Of a stretch of DNA of 64,000 nucleotides, positions 62,445-64,000 are shown piece by piece; the stretch's first letter is position 1, and each line of letters opens with the position of its first letter. A program made the position numbers and the translations under genes. The notes beneath the pieces were generated by a model that saw only the letters and a program-made list of their open reading frames with translations, was not told where the DNA came from and made no database searches. This stretch comes from Chloroflexota bacterium (GTDB lineage Bacteria > Chloroflexota > Dehalococcoidia > GIF9 > JBFMDU01), in the NCBI GenBank assembly GCA_040753815.1, contig JBFMDU010000021.1:5011-69010 (forward strand), read 5' to 3'.

Positions 62445-63988
62445 TGGTTGTGCTGTACAGCCTTCGGGTGCGTCTCCTGCTCGCCTTCGCGCTCGTTATT
62501 GTCGTCACCGTTGGGACGGTTGCCTTCTTCGCCAGTCGAGGCGCCTCTGATGAAGTCCAGTTGTTTGAACAGCAGAGTCAGGAAAGGCGGACCTCCAGAC
62601 TCCAGCGCTTTCTGGCCGGCCATTATGCTTTTACCGGAAGCTGGCAAAATGTCCAGTCCCTGGTGAGTCAGGTTGCTTCCAGTGAGGAAATGCGCATTGT
62701 ACTTACCGACCCGACCGGTGTCGTCGTCGCTGACTCGGCAAATCTTCTGGTCGGCAAGCGCTATAGCCCGGAATCGGGCGGTACTCCAATCTATCCTTCA
62801 TCTTTGTCGTCCAGAAGTTCCAGCCGCTCTCAAGCTCCAGGTGAGCTGTCCGGCCAATCAAGTTCACCTCCGGCTTCTGGAAGTCAGCCGGAGGCACCGC
62901 CTGGACCTGGGCCAGTCCCACCCCAGCCAGTCACCGGTACCCAACCAACGGGTCAGCCTCCGCCTGCGCCAACACCTGCTGTGACGCTTCCCGCTGACCA
63001 GTTACTGGGCACTCTCTATGTCGGGCCGGAGCGCCCTGACACTGTTATCTACCAGCGGCTGGCCGAAAAGATTAACTCCTTTTTACTCTGGGGCGCCTTG
63101 CTGGCAGTGGGTATTGCCATGGTACTTACCTTCCTGCTGTCGAGGCAGATTCTTTCGCCGGTCAAGTCGCTTACTGTTGCAGCCCGTAGGCTGGCGCGGG
63201 GTGACTTTTCCCGACGGGTGCAGACGAAGGATCGGGGTGAATTTGGTGAGCTGGCGCGCACCTTTAACTCGATGGCGGTGGAGCTGGAGCAGTCGGAGAA
63301 GATGAAACGGGACATGATTGCCGACTCCGCTCACGAACTGCGGACTCCGCTCTCCAACATCTGCGGTTATCTTGAGGCTATCAGTGATGGGCTGCTTAAG
63401 CCTGACAGTAAGACAATCAAGTCGCTCAGCGAGGAAACCGCAGTGCTCTCGCAACTGGTCGATGACCTGCAGGAGCTGAGTCTGGTTGAAGCCGGTCAGC
63501 TAAAGATGGTCCGTGAAGCGGTAGATGCAGGCTCTCTGGTTAGCGGCGCGGTGGTCGGGCTTGAAGCTGCCGCCCGTTTGAAGGGAGTGGTTCTCAAGGT
63601 TGAAGTTGCCTCCGGGCTGCCTATGGTCGATGTTGATGTACAGCGTATCGGTCAGGTGCTGCGCAATCTTCTTACCAACGCACTTGCCCACACGTCTGGC
63701 GGCGGCAATATAACTGTGAGTGCTGTTCTTGAAGGATCGGCTGTACGTTTATCGGTGACTGATACCGGTGAGGGAATTGCCCCGGAGGACCTGCCCTACG
63801 TTTTCGAGCGGTATTATCGGGCAGATAGGTCACGTGGTCGGAGTACCGGCGGTAGCGGACTGGGATTGACCATTGCCAGACGGTTTGTCGAGGCGCATGG
63901 CGGCACGATAGGTGTGGAAAGTAAGTTAGGGGAAGGCAGCGGCTTTTGGTTCACGGTACCCGTAGCCCGGGAACCGGCCAGTGGCTAG
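62441..63988 (+). CDS. Membrane sensor histidine kinase (HAMP, HisKA, HATPase_c)
   Basis: It overlaps the RR stop by 4 nt. Two TM segments, HAMP, H-box [12 protein letters not shown] box LTNALAHT, and G boxes DTGEGI and GGSGLGL. Confidence 0.85.
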   Translation: MMVVLYSLRVRLLLAFALVIVVTVGTVAFFASRGASDEVQLFEQQSQERRTSRLQRFLAGHYAFTGSWQNVQSLVSQVASSEEMRIVLTDPTGVVVADSANLLVGKRYSPESGGTPIYPSSLSSRSSSRSQAPGELSGQSSSPPASGSQPEAPPGPGPVPPQPVTGTQPTGQPPPAPTPAVTLPADQLLGTLYVGPERPDTVIYQRLAEKINSFLLWGALLAVGIAMVLTFLLSRQILSPVKSLTVAARRLARGDFSRRVQTKDRGEFGELARTFNSMAVELEQSEKMKRDMIADSAHELRTPLSNICGYLEAISDGLLKPDSKTIKSLSEETAVLSQLVDDLQELSLVEAGQLKMVREAVDAGSLVSGAVVGLEAAARLKGVVLKVEVASGLPMVDVDVQRIGQVLRNLLTNALAHTSGGGNITVSAVLEGSAVRLSVTDTGEGIAPEDLPYVFERYYRADRSRGRSTGGSGLGLTIARRFVEAHGGTIGVESKLGEGSGFWFTVPVAREPASG

Positions 63989-64000
63989 ACCACAGGTCTC

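Overview
This is a 64-kb bacterial chromosomal segment with high GC (hand-counted 60-nt lines mostly give about 55-62%). Gene content and the dispersed intergenic repeats suggest a Chloroflexota/Dehalococcoidia-like genome, but that is inference only and I cannot verify it here. I call about 52 protein-coding genes and 3 tRNAs (Val-TAC, Leu-CAG, Arg-GCG). I found no rRNA, CRISPR array, transposase or integrase.

The backbone has two housekeeping blocks: thrS-infC-rpmI-rplT-pheS-pheT and dxr-rseP-ispG-proS. It also carries two GlcD/GlcF-like FAD/Fe-S oxidase systems (one fused, one split) and three nitrilase-superfamily amidase paralogs, one of which lacks the catalytic Cys. Two sulfur-trafficking clusters are present: CysK-TusA fusion + YeiH-like exporter + small DsrAB/AsrC-like reductase, and ArsR-DsrE-SQR-like-NifS. 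The remainder is oxidative-stress genes, iron uptake genes and several two-component systems.

Observations most worth a second look:
1. A divergent FtsZ/tubulin-superfamily GTPase (1230-2438). Its upstream gap is entirely filled by a 3.5-copy 71-72-bp tandem repeat, and it is convergent with a repetitive coiled-coil protein.
2. Two low-GC islets. One carries a DUF4263/Shedu-like nuclease candidate (4954-5697). The other carries an orphan HhH-GPD glycosylase-like gene plus a Cys-rich, possibly frameshifted zinc-ribbon gene (22420-23870).
3. A promoter plus ~110-nt leader with an anti-SD hairpin, shared by two paralogous zinc-ribbon genes. One of these sits upstream of a DEAD-box helicase.
4. 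A Cys-less amidase paralog.
5. A Met/Pro-rich tail on the fused FAD/Fe-S oxidase.

All functional calls come from motif reading of the supplied translations. No database search was possible.
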